Below, piece after piece: positions 21,076 to 30,680 of a stretch of DNA of 64,000 nt. The position numbers and the translations under genes were made by a program. Source of the DNA: a virus (Duplodnaviria; Caudoviricetes); IMG/VR virus record IMGVR_UViG_3300032007_001727. One strand, written 5' to 3'. The first letter of the stretch is position 1; every line of letters starts with the position of its first letter. The notes beneath the pieces were generated by a model, which saw only the letters and a program-made list of their open reading frames with translations, was not told the DNA's origin and searched no databases.

Positions 21076-21162
21076 AATTATATTATTGCTTAGATTTAAG
21101 TTTTATTCAAGAGACATTAAGCATTACTACGTACTTAATTAAGTACATTGGGCGGGGTGGAC

Positions 21163-21369
21163 CTAGTACTCATAGTCTAGGTGTACCACCTCGGGGTACT
21201 GTTCTTTGAAGAGTGTCATTATCTGTTCTCTCAAGGCCCCCGCGTAATATCCGTCCCGGCCTTCATATGCCTCGTCTTTATTATTGGTGAAGGTGAGTTT
21301 GGTATTGGGGAAGTCTATCTCCTTGATGTATACCTTAGCATTGCCCTTCTTATAAAAATAGTTTGCCAT
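21163..21369 (-). CDS. Small hypothetical protein (paralogue pair)
   Basis: Motif shared with 20851-21075; TATCTTTGCA promoter at ~21400. Confidence 0.7.
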   Translation of the reverse strand: MANYFYKKGNAKVYIKEIDFPNTKLTFTNNKDEAYEGRDGYYAGALREQIMTLFKEQYPEVVHLDYEY

Positions 21370-21761
21370 ATTTTTAATATATTATTTGTTAACACTGCAA
21401 AGATATATAAAATATCTGAGAATTCCAAATTATTGTACTTAAAAAAGTACAAAGGGGGCATGCTTTACGTATATATACAATAATAGCAGCAATAATAAAA
21501 TGGTGATGGTATTCATAATCAAAATTCTGAATTAAATTAATTCTTTCTTTTATCCGAGTACCTTGGTTATGAATCTACCAATTATTTATTATTATTGCCG
21601 TCGCTATGTATATATATTCTATTATCCCAATAGATTTCTTCTTATATATACCGTGGTACTACACTATATATATGGTTTCTATTTTTTTCTTTTCTTCTTC
21701 TTTTTTTTTCTATCTTTTTATTTGTTGATTCTTCTTCTAACTATTTGATAGATGGTGGGAG

Positions 21762-22085
21762 TCATCCCATGACATCAATTACATGGAGTTCAACGGTTTT
21801 CCATTCCCATTTGTCATCCAAGTAATTCTGTGGGTCAAGCGGGTCTAACGTCTTCACCTTTATATAATATGTGGATATCTTCCCGCCGGTATGTGCCGTG
21901 AAGTTTGCGCACAGCCCTTCAATACCCAAATATGGTGCTGAATATATTTGGCCGTCTACGGATTGATTCCGGATAAACTCCTCTGCTCTTTTTGATGGGT
22001 AACAATAGCCATGCGCATCAACTCTTAAAATGGTAGAGAAACGCGGCCTAACCACCCCTTCTAAATTAATCTGAATTATCTTCAT
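21762..22085 (-). CDS. Hypothetical early protein
   Basis: Reverse-oriented early promoter repeat at ~22110-22150. Confidence 0.65.
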   Translation of the reverse strand: MKIIQINLEGVVRPRFSTILRVDAHGYCYPSKRAEEFIRNQSVDGQIYSAPYLGIEGLCANFTAHTGGKISTYYIKVKTLDPLDPQNYLDDKWEWKTVELHVIDVMG

Positions 22086-22328
22086 CTAATGTATTTTTGA
22101 ATTTCGGGGACAAAAGTACCTTCAATAATTGAAATGACGAAATGAAATATGGATTTTTTGAAAAAATGCCCCTTATATATAATATAATAATGTATATGGA
22201 AAAAAATTGTTTTTATTTGAAAATAATTTGATTTTTGTTTCGCTAATTCAAATTATTTGGGTACTTTTGCAACGTCAAAACAAAAAAACAATTAACATTA
22301 TCGTCAAACAATTTAAATTTCAAAGATT

Positions 22329-23423
22329 ATGGCACACGGATTAGAAGAGAGAAATGGTAAGTTTTCATTCGCAGAGAATGGCAGTAGGGAACGCGCATGG
22401 CACGGCCTTGGTGAGGTATTTGACCGTCCAATGTTCATTGGTGAGGCTCTGAAGGCTTGTCGCGCTGACTTTAAGGTGCAGTTGCAGCCCATCGCAGCAC
22501 TTTCGGATGACATTATCAATGCCATCGAGAACGGGGAAAGCATTGACGCTTCCATATTGCGCGGCCTCATTGTTGAGGGCAAGAAGGCCACGGTACGCAC
22601 CGACTTGAATGCTCCCTTGGGTATTACGAGCGACACCTACGGCATTGTACAGAATGAAGATGCGTTCAAGTTCGTGGATATGCTCTGCTCCGGCTTGGAG
22701 GCCGATAGGGATTCTCATCCTACGATTGAGTCATGCGGAGTGCTCGGCAAGGGTGAAAGAGTGTTCGTAACGTGCAAGATGCCGGAGGATATTATCCTTG
22801 ACGCAAAGCGTGACGATAGGATTGAAACCTATGTGGTGTTCACCACGTCCCATGATGGCACCGGCGCCGTTCGCTGCATGGTCACTAACATTCGCGTGGT
22901 ATGCTCCAATACGCTTGCATGGGCAATGCAGAACAATAGCGGACGTATTGCCTTCCGTCATTCTTCAAGAGTTATGAGCCGCCTTGACCTGCTCAACAAG
23001 GAGAACGCTGAATTCGCATATCGTACGCTTGGTTTGTGGCGTGAATATGAGAGTTCCTTCAAACAGAGTCTTGAGCACCTTCGCAATATCAAGATTAGCG
23101 AGCGGTTCTTGGAGGACTTGGTGGCCGAGGTGGCTTTGAGTGATGAGTCCAACAAGATTTTCTTGGAGAGCCGCAACATCTTCCACGAGGACATACCGAC
23201 AAGAGGCCGGAACATCTACCTTGGCATGATGAACGCCATGGAGAACGGCATCGGGCAGGACATCTTGGAGAGCGGAAACGCATTGTGGGCATTGAACGGC
23301 ATTACAACGTATTTCCAAAACGAGGCCAACTTCAAGAACAGCGAAGTGATGTTCGAGAACATTATGGACGGCAACGTGTACAAGAAGGTACAGAAAGCAT
23401 ACGACAAGTTGGTCGCAGCCTAA
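22329..23423 (+). CDS. DUF932 / TIGR03299 phage-plasmid family protein
   Basis: AWHGLG, VRTD...LG, YGIVQNEDAF, TSHDGTGA, IRVVCSNTL, W..LNGITTY. Confidence 0.9.
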   Translation: MAHGLEERNGKFSFAENGSRERAWHGLGEVFDRPMFIGEALKACRADFKVQLQPIAALSDDIINAIENGESIDASILRGLIVEGKKATVRTDLNAPLGITSDTYGIVQNEDAFKFVDMLCSGLEADRDSHPTIESCGVLGKGERVFVTCKMPEDIILDAKRDDRIETYVVFTTSHDGTGAVRCMVTNIRVVCSNTLAWAMQNNSGRIAFRHSSRVMSRLDLLNKENAEFAYRTLGLWREYESSFKQSLEHLRNIKISERFLEDLVAEVALSDESNKIFLESRNIFHEDIPTRGRNIYLGMMNAMENGIGQDILESGNALWALNGITTYFQNEANFKNSEVMFENIMDGNVYKKVQKAYDKLVAA

Positions 23424-23566
23424 AATGAGAGTCCTAAAGGTGGGTGCTGAAAGATGCACCCATCTTTTTTTTATTTTTAATTGAAAATAATTTGATTTTT
23501 GTTTCGGTATTTCAATTTATTTGGGTACTTTTGCAGCGTCAAACAATTTTAAAATAGTTATAGATT

Positions 23567-23893
23567 ATGTTCGTATTAATTTTTGTCAAGAGTTATGAAA
23601 ACGGGTTTTCGATAGAAAACTCCTATCAGACTGCCCTTTATGAGAGCAGGGAAGAAGCCGTAAAGGTTATGAAAGAGAGCGCAGAGAAGCACGTTAATTC
23701 CTATTTGGAAACGGAAGATGATGAGCACATAGAATTTACCGAATACGGGGATTTGGGGGAAAAGGGTTTGGGCTTGGATATTGAATATCAAGCCAATAAG
23801 ATTTCGGTGACGGATGATTGCAGTTTGAGCAACCACTATAGGAAATGGGAATGGGTTGTTACGGCAAGTAAGCCGGAGATTGAAGTTTATTAA
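23567..23893 (+). CDS. Hypothetical early protein
   Basis: Follows a promoter cassette. Confidence 0.7.
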   Translation: MFVLIFVKSYENGFSIENSYQTALYESREEAVKVMKESAEKHVNSYLETEDDEHIEFTEYGDLGEKGLGLDIEYQANKISVTDDCSLSNHYRKWEWVVTASKPEIEVY

Positions 23894-23981
23894 CATTAAA
23901 GAAAAAAAGTTGGGATAATATTTCGTTATTCCAATTTTTTTTGGTATATTTGCAATGTGAAATAAATAATCAATATTAATT

Positions 23982-24338
23982 ATGTTAGTTAGAGTATATA
24001 TTACATCAATAGAAATTGGCCTTGTGGTGAATGAGGCCGTTGATAGCGGGCTTTTGAGGCTACAGCGTAGTTTTGACGGTAAGAACGGGATTCTCGCCAT
24101 ATATGACGGGGAAATCAGCAAGATTGGCTTAGTTGCCCTTTCCGTCTTCGGGGTTAAGTTTTTCCCCTTGGATAACTATGGGGAATTTAAGATTACTTGC
24201 CCACATTGCGGCCGGAGAATTGAGGACGATTGGATTCTCACTTCATATACAGATGAGGTGTTGAGTGGAAAGAATATAAAGTGCGACAATGAGGAATGCG
24301 GCCATCAGATGGCTAATGTGGAATTTATTTTTAATTGA
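23982..24338 (+). CDS. Zn-ribbon hypothetical protein
   Basis: CPHC...CDNEEC. Confidence 0.7.
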   Translation: MLVRVYITSIEIGLVVNEAVDSGLLRLQRSFDGKNGILAIYDGEISKIGLVALSVFGVKFFPLDNYGEFKITCPHCGRRIEDDWILTSYTDEVLSGKNIKCDNEECGHQMANVEFIFN

Positions 24339-24562
24339 AAAATGTGTATGAGGATTACGAAAGATTTCGTTATAGGGCAAGGACACGATACAGATTAGTA
24401 TGACTGCATAATATAGTAATGAGATTGTTTTTGGAAATGGCATTTGTTGTGAAACACGTGCCATTTTTTATTTTTAATTGAAAATAATTTGATTTTTGTT
24501 TCGGTATTTCAAAACTTTTGGGTACTTTTGCATTGTCAAACAAATAAAAACAATTTAAGATT

Positions 24563-25468
24563 ATGAAAAAGATTGAAGATGCTATCGCCTATAATCTGTT
24601 TCAATACGAAATGAACAGATTAAGCAAAATTACCTACAAGGGTTACGAAAAAACTTTGAAGGAGATTGGAATTGCCTATATTGCTTATTGCAATTCTTCT
24701 GCAAAATTAACGCATAACGGCAAGAAACATATGCTTACCTATGGCCTTTATTTGGCATCATCTGACTTGTCCGGAGTGAACGTATGCCCAAAGAGCAAAA
24801 TATGTCGTGAAAGTTGCCTTGTAGGTAGTGGTCACGCGAGGGTAGAGGGTTTGGCAAGTAAGGATAACTTGATTAATTCCCGTATCACCAAGACAAGGCT
24901 ATTCTTCGCAAATAAGCCATTGTTTATGAAGTTAATGTGCATTGAGATTGACCGAGCCATTAGAAAGGCTGAAAGGGAAGGCATGGGCTTTTCCGTCCGG
25001 CTGAATTGTACAAGTGATATAAGCCCCCTTGCATTTTCATTGAATGGCAGGAACATTCTTGAAATATATCCGAATGTTTCATTCTATGACTACACCAAGG
25101 TAAAAAACTATTGGAAGATAACAGAGAGATATAATAACTATTATCTTACCTTTAGTCGTGACGGGAGCGAGGAAAACGATTCAGAGTGCATGGAATGGCT
25201 TTCGAGGGGCAATAATGTAGCCGTAGTATTTGGTGTACGCAAAGCGTCTGAATTGCCCAAGAAATGGAGAGGCTACGAAGTGTTGGTGGGTGACGATTAC
25301 GATTATAGGGTATGGGACAAGTTGCAGGTTGGCAAACAGATTGTCGGCCTTGTATATAAAGTGACCAAGAATGACTATGTAAAGGGTGAAGATGGCAAGT
25401 TTCACTTTGGTGGGATACCTAAATCTCCCTTCATCATACAAGCAAATGACAAGGATTGTGAGTATTAA
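24563..25468 (+). CDS. GP88-like (phage gene 88 family) protein
   Basis: CP...C...CL, RLNCTSD, FYDYTK, YLTFS, NVAVVF, GD.YD.R. Confidence 0.75.
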   Translation: MKKIEDAIAYNLFQYEMNRLSKITYKGYEKTLKEIGIAYIAYCNSSAKLTHNGKKHMLTYGLYLASSDLSGVNVCPKSKICRESCLVGSGHARVEGLASKDNLINSRITKTRLFFANKPLFMKLMCIEIDRAIRKAEREGMGFSVRLNCTSDISPLAFSLNGRNILEIYPNVSFYDYTKVKNYWKITERYNNYYLTFSRDGSEENDSECMEWLSRGNNVAVVFGVRKASELPKKWRGYEVLVGDDYDYRVWDKLQVGKQIVGLVYKVTKNDYVKGEDGKFHFGGIPKSPFIIQANDKDCEY

Positions 25469-25689
25469 TTACTCACAATCTTTTTTGAAAAATAATTCCA
25501 TTTTTATTTCGTCAATTCAAAAAGTTTGGGTAATTTTGCATTGTAAATAGTAAATGTTGTTTGTTTAAGGTTGAGTGGCATTTGTTGTGAAACACGTGCC
25601 ATTCTTTTTTTGTTTTTATTTGAAAATAATTGTGATTTTATTTCGTCATTTCAAAACTTTTGGGTACTTTTGCATTGTCAAACAAATAA

Positions 25690-26100
25690 ATGATAAAGAT
25701 TATGAAGTTTACATTGCATGGAAGAGAGTATGAAAGTTACCAATTGAGCAACGGCGCAATATTGGAATTGCTTGAAGGTAACACAATAAGCAATAAGCAG
25801 CGTGAATATCTCACCGGGAAGGTTCTCGAAAGATTTAAGAGCGATTTGTGTCCGAGATATGGAGAGGGCACGGATGAGGTGTTTGCTCGTTTCTTCAGTG
25901 ACTACGTGAACAGATGCCCCAATGATTTCAATAAGGCTGCAAGAGCCATGGGCACGGAACACAGATACTTACAGAGTGAAATGTTCAAGATGTGCCTTGC
26001 CTACATTAAGGAATTGTCGGAGCATTACGAAAGTGGCCGTTATGATGCCCGTAATGAATGGGCTTGCCGGACAGCCAATGAGATAAACAAGATATTATAA
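25690..26100 (+). CDS. Hypothetical early protein
   Basis: Follows a cassette; EHRYLQ...YDARNE. Confidence 0.7.
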   Translation: MIKIMKFTLHGREYESYQLSNGAILELLEGNTISNKQREYLTGKVLERFKSDLCPRYGEGTDEVFARFFSDYVNRCPNDFNKAARAMGTEHRYLQSEMFKMCLAYIKELSEHYESGRYDARNEWACRTANEINKIL

Positions 26101-26114
26101 AAATTTAGTAGCAT

Positions 26115-26405
26115 ATGAAGATTAAGGATTTGCCGAAGTTTTGCCTAAACATTGGCAATACATTGGAAGATGAGTATGACGTGGCCGCAACCAACAATGG
26201 AATTTCCGTAAATGGTGAGATAGTTGGTGGCTATGATGAGGAAAGGGACATCAATGATACTGATGATTTCTTAGAGTTGATTGATGATGCCATTCGTGAA
26301 TGTGATGCCTTCACAGATGAGGACAAAGAAGAATTGGGAGTTGTTCTCTATAGTGACGTACTGACATACGATATTGATTCTTGGTGGGACGAAGAAAAAT
26401 TGTGA
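26115..26405 (+). CDS. Highly acidic small protein
   Basis: D/E-rich ORF. Confidence 0.65.
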   Translation: MKIKDLPKFCLNIGNTLEDEYDVAATNNGISVNGEIVGGYDEERDINDTDDFLELIDDAIRECDAFTDEDKEELGVVLYSDVLTYDIDSWWDEEKL

Positions 26406-26516
26406 AAAAAAGTTGTGATTTTATTTCGTCAATTCAAAACTTTTGGGTACTTTTGCAACGTCAAAACAAATAAACATTTTAATTAATATAGTATAAACAA
26501 TAAAAAGATTAAAGTT

Positions 26517-26786
26517 ATGAAGTTAGAAGTAAATGACATCGTGAAGATTCGCAGAGGCGACTTCGGAGTAGTAGTAGGTTTCAACAACAAGCCCTGCGCA
26601 ATTCTGTTCCACTCCTTCACAAGTGTGCTGACGCGCTACAATGAGAACTTGAAGCACTCCAACAAGGAATACGACATTGTGGCCGTGTACAACGGTGACA
26701 AGGTTGAGTCCTACAAGGAAGTATATCGGGCTAAATTCGACCCGGATGCCCTTGAATTGGAGTTGCGGTACGAAGAATCCGTTTAA
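26517..26786 (+). CDS. Hypothetical early protein
   Basis: Follows a cassette. Confidence 0.7.
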   Translation: MKLEVNDIVKIRRGDFGVVVGFNNKPCAILFHSFTSVLTRYNENLKHSNKEYDIVAVYNGDKVESYKEVYRAKFDPDALELELRYEESV

Positions 26787-26867
26787 CAATAATTAACAGA
26801 AATTGGAAAGGCATATTCTTTGCTTTTCCAATTTTTTTTTATATCTTTGCAAAAAAAGATAAGAAAA

Positions 26868-27197
26868 ATGAAAATAACCACGGACGAAAGTAAGATTTAT
26901 GAGAAGCATTGTGGCAAGAAGATTTGCACAGAAAATCTCAACATCGAAGGTTTTAAGAAGCCGATTCCATTTGACATCTATGATGGCTATGCAGTATGTT
27001 TAGACCATGGTGGCCATAGGTTTGATTTGGTTTATCCGACATTAAAGGCAATCAGCGAAAGCAAGGAACTATCCGATGCCATAATAGACTATGTCGGTGA
27101 CATTTCAAACAAGTATGAAATCAGCGTCATTCATATCTTAATAACGTTTTCTACCTTATACAAAGATGGGGTTGAGATAAAACCTAAGAAAAAATAA
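26868..27197 (+). CDS. Hypothetical protein
   Basis: Start MKITTD after TATCTTTGCA. Confidence 0.65.
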   Translation: MKITTDESKIYEKHCGKKICTENLNIEGFKKPIPFDIYDGYAVCLDHGGHRFDLVYPTLKAISESKELSDAIIDYVGDISNKYEISVIHILITFSTLYKDGVEIKPKKK

Positions 27198-27209
27198 AAA
27201 TTTAGGACT

Positions 27210-27380
27210 ATGGGAAGATTTACTATTGAAATGAATTACAATGCCTCTATAATTGTTGAGGTGAACGCAGAAGATGAGGGAAAGGCATTAGATGAGGCAA
27301 GGAACATTGCCGAGGATGCGGATATTCGTGAATTTACGATTACATCTGAAAGAGAATCAAGGATTCTCAAACGGGAATAA
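27210..27380 (+). CDS. Small protein, possibly DpnD/PcfM-like (56 aa)
   Basis: Hand-translated MGRFTIEMNYNASIIVEVNAEDEGKALDEAR. Confidence 0.5.
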   Translation: MGRFTIEMNYNASIIVEVNAEDEGKALDEARNIAEDADIREFTITSERESRILKRE

Positions 27381-27540
27381 AAAAGTATCTCTGTTTTTAG
27401 ACTGCAATAAATTGACTTGGTGAATTGCGTTTGTCGTGATGATAAGCGCAATTTTTTTTTAAAATAATTCCATTTTTGTTTCGGTAATTCAAAACTTTTG
27501 GGTACTTTTGCATCGTCAAACAAATAAAATGATAAAGATT

Positions 27541-27744
27541 ATGACTAAAGAGGAAATGGTTTTCGAGATTATGAAGTTTATCGCCCCCACGTTCGCGTCA
27601 AAAGGCGTTGAATTACAAGAACGTATAATTGCAGGTGGCGGCAACCCACAAGAGTGTACAATTGGGGGTTATACAATTCTCGAGGCACAAGCGCAAAGCG
27701 CAAAGGAATGGGCAGAGGCTTTCGTAAATGTGTTATATAAATAA
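27541..27744 (+). CDS. Hypothetical early protein
   Basis: AAAGATT-ATG start after a cassette. Confidence 0.65.
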   Translation: MTKEEMVFEIMKFIAPTFASKGVELQERIIAGGGNPQECTIGGYTILEAQAQSAKEWAEAFVNVLYK

Positions 27745-27755
27745 AACTTTAAACA

Positions 27756-28073
27756 ATGATTAAAGAGGAATTTTTGAAAACAATTGGTGGCTATCAAGCA
27801 GAGATAAGCGCACTCCATGACAAGATTGTAGAAACCACGGCCAAGTATCTCAAAGAGGCTGAAAAGCCCTACCCGGTTGGCTCGAAGGTTAGAGTCATCA
27901 CCAATGAGCGAGGCACTAAGATTGTTCAAGCCGGAATCGTGACGGACTACACGCTCAATCTTCAAGATGACATCACTCCGGTGATTATGAAGATGAAGAA
28001 GGACGGGACACCACATCCGACACAGAAGATTTGGTGTACATGGCGAAGTGTCATTGAACCCATAACAGAATAA
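27756..28073 (+). CDS. Hypothetical protein
   Basis: ORF; KKDGT motif. Confidence 0.7.
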   Translation: MIKEEFLKTIGGYQAEISALHDKIVETTAKYLKEAEKPYPVGSKVRVITNERGTKIVQAGIVTDYTLNLQDDITPVIMKMKKDGTPHPTQKIWCTWRSVIEPITE

Positions 28074-28077
28074 GGTT

Positions 28078-28584
28078 ATGAAAAGGTTAGAAGAACTAAA
28101 GAGAAACAATGATACACGTTACTTCACCAATGGGAAGGTTTCCTTCCCATTGGATTTGTCCAAGATAACGTATGCGTCAAGAATTGATTTGGAACACGCA
28201 ATGTACGCGGAGCGTGACGAGGAATGTGACTATCCTACAATTAATGAGTTGATTGCAAGCGGTTCTTTGCAGGAAAAGTCATATATCAAGATGTGTGATA
28301 TAGATTATGAAAAATATCCGGCACAAGTTAGGCGAATGGATGAGAAGCAGATAGATGCCTTGTTAAAGAGGGTTCAAAACAAATTCAAGGCCAACGGATT
28401 CAATGTTACATTAGAGGCTTTGGTACATAACTTGAACGCATGGCTATTGGACTATAAGAGCGGCTATCTGGATGAGGCAAACAAGTATCATCTGTTCACT
28501 CCCTGCGGCTGCAACCCATTATCCTTTAGGGCTTCAGAGTTGGATGAGCACTGCCGAGATTGGCAAACAACATATGAAGCATAA
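28078..28584 (+). CDS. Hypothetical protein
   Basis: ORF; TPCGCNPL. Confidence 0.7.
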   Translation: MKRLEELKRNNDTRYFTNGKVSFPLDLSKITYASRIDLEHAMYAERDEECDYPTINELIASGSLQEKSYIKMCDIDYEKYPAQVRRMDEKQIDALLKRVQNKFKANGFNVTLEALVHNLNAWLLDYKSGYLDEANKYHLFTPCGCNPLSFRASELDEHCRDWQTTYEA

Positions 28585-28665
28585 AAAAAGTTGTGATTTT
28601 ATTTCGGTATTCCAAAACTTTTGGGTACTTTTGCAATGTCAAACAATTTAAAACAAATAAAGATT

Positions 28666-29196
28666 ATGAGAATAAAAGGAAAAAAATCAATCAGTAATCG
28701 CATAGTTGAGATTGCTGAAAGCGGCAAGGCGATTGGGATGCCGAGCAAGTTTAATCTTCCACAGAACAAGGCCGTGCGCGAAAAGCATATTGCCATCTGT
28801 AAAGAGTTGGTTGAGATTTCTAAAAAGAACGGCAATTATCCGATAGGTACGCTTATTTACTTTGCCATCGGTACAAATTCCCATCGGACGGAAGTGTTTG
28901 AAAAGTGCTATCGGAAGATAGATGCCAAGAAGGCCGAAACCATCATCAGTTGGGTAAAGTTGTTCGCAGAGTATAACGATAACCCGAAAATGGTCAAGAA
29001 CGCGAAGATTGCCCATGCCATCTGTTCCTTCTATGACAAGAACAATGGTGATACAAAGGCTTTCAAGATTGCCTTGGGGTGCTCGCAGCCGAATCCGGCA
29101 ATAGAATCATTCAAGGAAACCGCCCAAGCATTGGGAATTGCGAAGGAGTCGCTTTCAGAGGCCGAGGCTGAAATGGCGGTGGTAACGGTTGAGTAG
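28666..29196 (+). CDS. Hypothetical early protein
   Basis: Start MRIKG after a cassette. Confidence 0.7.
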   Translation: MRIKGKKSISNRIVEIAESGKAIGMPSKFNLPQNKAVREKHIAICKELVEISKKNGNYPIGTLIYFAIGTNSHRTEVFEKCYRKIDAKKAETIISWVKLFAEYNDNPKMVKNAKIAHAICSFYDKNNGDTKAFKIALGCSQPNPAIESFKETAQALGIAKESLSEAEAEMAVVTVE

Positions 29197-29308
29197 TTTT
29201 ATTTTATATCAATCATATTTCCGATTTTCTATTTTTTGGTGAGTACCATCCGTGAGGAGCGGAAAGCCATTTTATTAACAAGAGTTTTAAATTTAAAATT
29301 AAATCAAT

Positions 29309-29782
29309 ATGAAAAAAATAGTTTATTCATTAGTGTTGATGATGTGTGTTATGTCGGTATTTAATTGTTCGAGCAACAATAGGCCGAAAACCATCATCGG
29401 GAGTTGGGAAACCATCAGTGTCAAGGGTGAAGTGAAGGAGTTTGGCGGTGAGTTCGAGCAAGATTTCACATCACAGCAGATAAACCCCATCTATGAGGAA
29501 ATGTATCGTTTCAAACTAACCTTTGACGAGAACACTTGCGTAACACTTGTTTCGTCTGTCAATGGTCAATGGAAGGAAGATTCAGTTGATGTGTACAATT
29601 ATATCCTCAACAATGGTATGGTGCGCATCTTGGACGTACGCAATAAGATGTTCGGAAATGATAATGATGTGCCGCCCTTGGACGAAACGTTTGAGTATGC
29701 AATAATAGGTGACGAATTGTTTATGACTTGCTATAACGAGGATGAATATGTCACTTACCGGCTGAAACGCATAAAAAATTGA
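29309..29782 (+). CDS. Lipocalin-like lipoprotein
   Basis: Signal peptide with lipobox-like Cys, IIGSW motif, Y.I.GDEL C-terminus. Confidence 0.6.
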   Translation: MKKIVYSLVLMMCVMSVFNCSSNNRPKTIIGSWETISVKGEVKEFGGEFEQDFTSQQINPIYEEMYRFKLTFDENTCVTLVSSVNGQWKEDSVDVYNYILNNGMVRILDVRNKMFGNDNDVPPLDETFEYAIIGDELFMTCYNEDEYVTYRLKRIKN

Positions 29783-29860
29783 AAAAAGTTGTGATTTTGT
29801 TTCGGTAATTCAAAAACTTTGGGTACTTTTGCAATGTCAAAACAAAAAAACGAATAGAAA

Positions 29861-29974
29861 ATGAGTAAAAGAAGTTTCAAAAGAGCGGTTGCGGCCGCAA
29901 AGGTTACGGCCATCCCGTCAAAGAAGAAAGGCAATGGACAAGATGCCATTCAGTTGTACAACGTGTACAAATAG
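29861..29974 (+). CDS. Small basic peptide (37 aa)
   Basis: MSKRSFKRAVAAAKVTAIPSKKKGNGQDAIQLYNVYK, after the cassette at 29821. Confidence 0.5.
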   Translation: MSKRSFKRAVAAAKVTAIPSKKKGNGQDAIQLYNVYK

Positions 29975-30153
29975 GTAGCAGCACTACCGAATTTACGCTT
30001 GTGGACTACCCAACTGCCGAAAGGCGAACCACACGAATGTGTGGGGCTATGGATGACAGACTCGGCAATGAGGTACTAAAAAGTAGTGGTAGGTTGAAGC
30101 AAGAAGTTAATAATGGATAAACAAATTTGTTCAAGTTTTAACATGCTGTACAA
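29971..30153 (+). mobile_element. Orphan TnpB omegaRNA / right-end-like element
   Basis: Translates to IGSSTTEFTLVDYPT[11 aa]MDDRLGNEVLKSSGRLKQEV, resembling the TnpB tail that overlaps the omegaRNA (recalled similarity); flanked by a TGTACAA direct repeat. Confidence 0.6.
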
Positions 30154-30171
30154 GTAACTGATTATTAACCC

Positions 30172-30237
30172 GTGGAATATGGGGGTGTCCTCCGGAACAC
30201 GATAGGTCGAGCAAGTTCATCGGTCACCCCCATCCAC
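30172..30237 (+). ncRNA. Long GC-rich stem-loop
   Basis: GTGGA..TGGGGGTG pairs with CACCCCCATCCAC. Confidence 0.4.
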
Positions 30238-30411
30238 ACAATTCAAGCCATTATGGAACGTCCTCCACCCAAGTAAGGAATAATTCAGATAATTTATTTT
30301 TATTATTATATGCAAATTTAAAGCCCATAACACAATGAATCCAAGAGCAAGTCCCATAAAATAGATTTTAATTCGTCTATACATTATACATTAATTATTT
30401 ATTCTCTCGCA

Positions 30412-30517
30412 GGGATAAACCCAAACGATGGGTATCACCCTTGACGCAACGAAGTCCCCGGAGAGTCCGGCTGACATGAACGTCATTGGCGATTGCGGTT
30501 CGTTCCGCATTATCCCA
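30412..30517 (+). ncRNA. tRNA-like RNA (acceptor stem and T-arm around a multibranch core)
   Basis: GGGATAA/TTATCCC-A stem, TGCGG-TTCGTT-CCGCA arm, internal hairpins. Confidence 0.5.
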
Positions 30518-30680
30518 CAATAAAAAAACTGTTTTTCGTAATTTGAGTTGTTTAGGTTAATTGTAACAGATGTGTTGTGATAACACGTCTGTTATTTTTT
30601 GAAAATAATTCTGTTTTTATTTCGTCAATTCAAATTATTTGGGTACTTTTGCATTGTCAAACAATTAAATAATATAAGTT

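Larger units (their letters stand above)
20649..21451. repeat. Cluster of four GTACTTAATTAAGTAC palindromes with G-rich tails
   Basis: At 20650, 20820, 21131 and a variant at 21435. Confidence 0.85.

Noticed and set aside
29980-30100. Self-cleaving ribozyme (hammerhead or twister)
   Set aside because: No CUGANGA/GAAA or twister core was found; the region is better explained as a TnpB omegaRNA-like scaffold.
24438-30595. GTGAAACA half-sites (24449, 25588) as parS
   Set aside because: They are loops of terminator-like hairpins (GGCA..TGTTGTGAAACACGTGCC plus T-run), not full palindromes.
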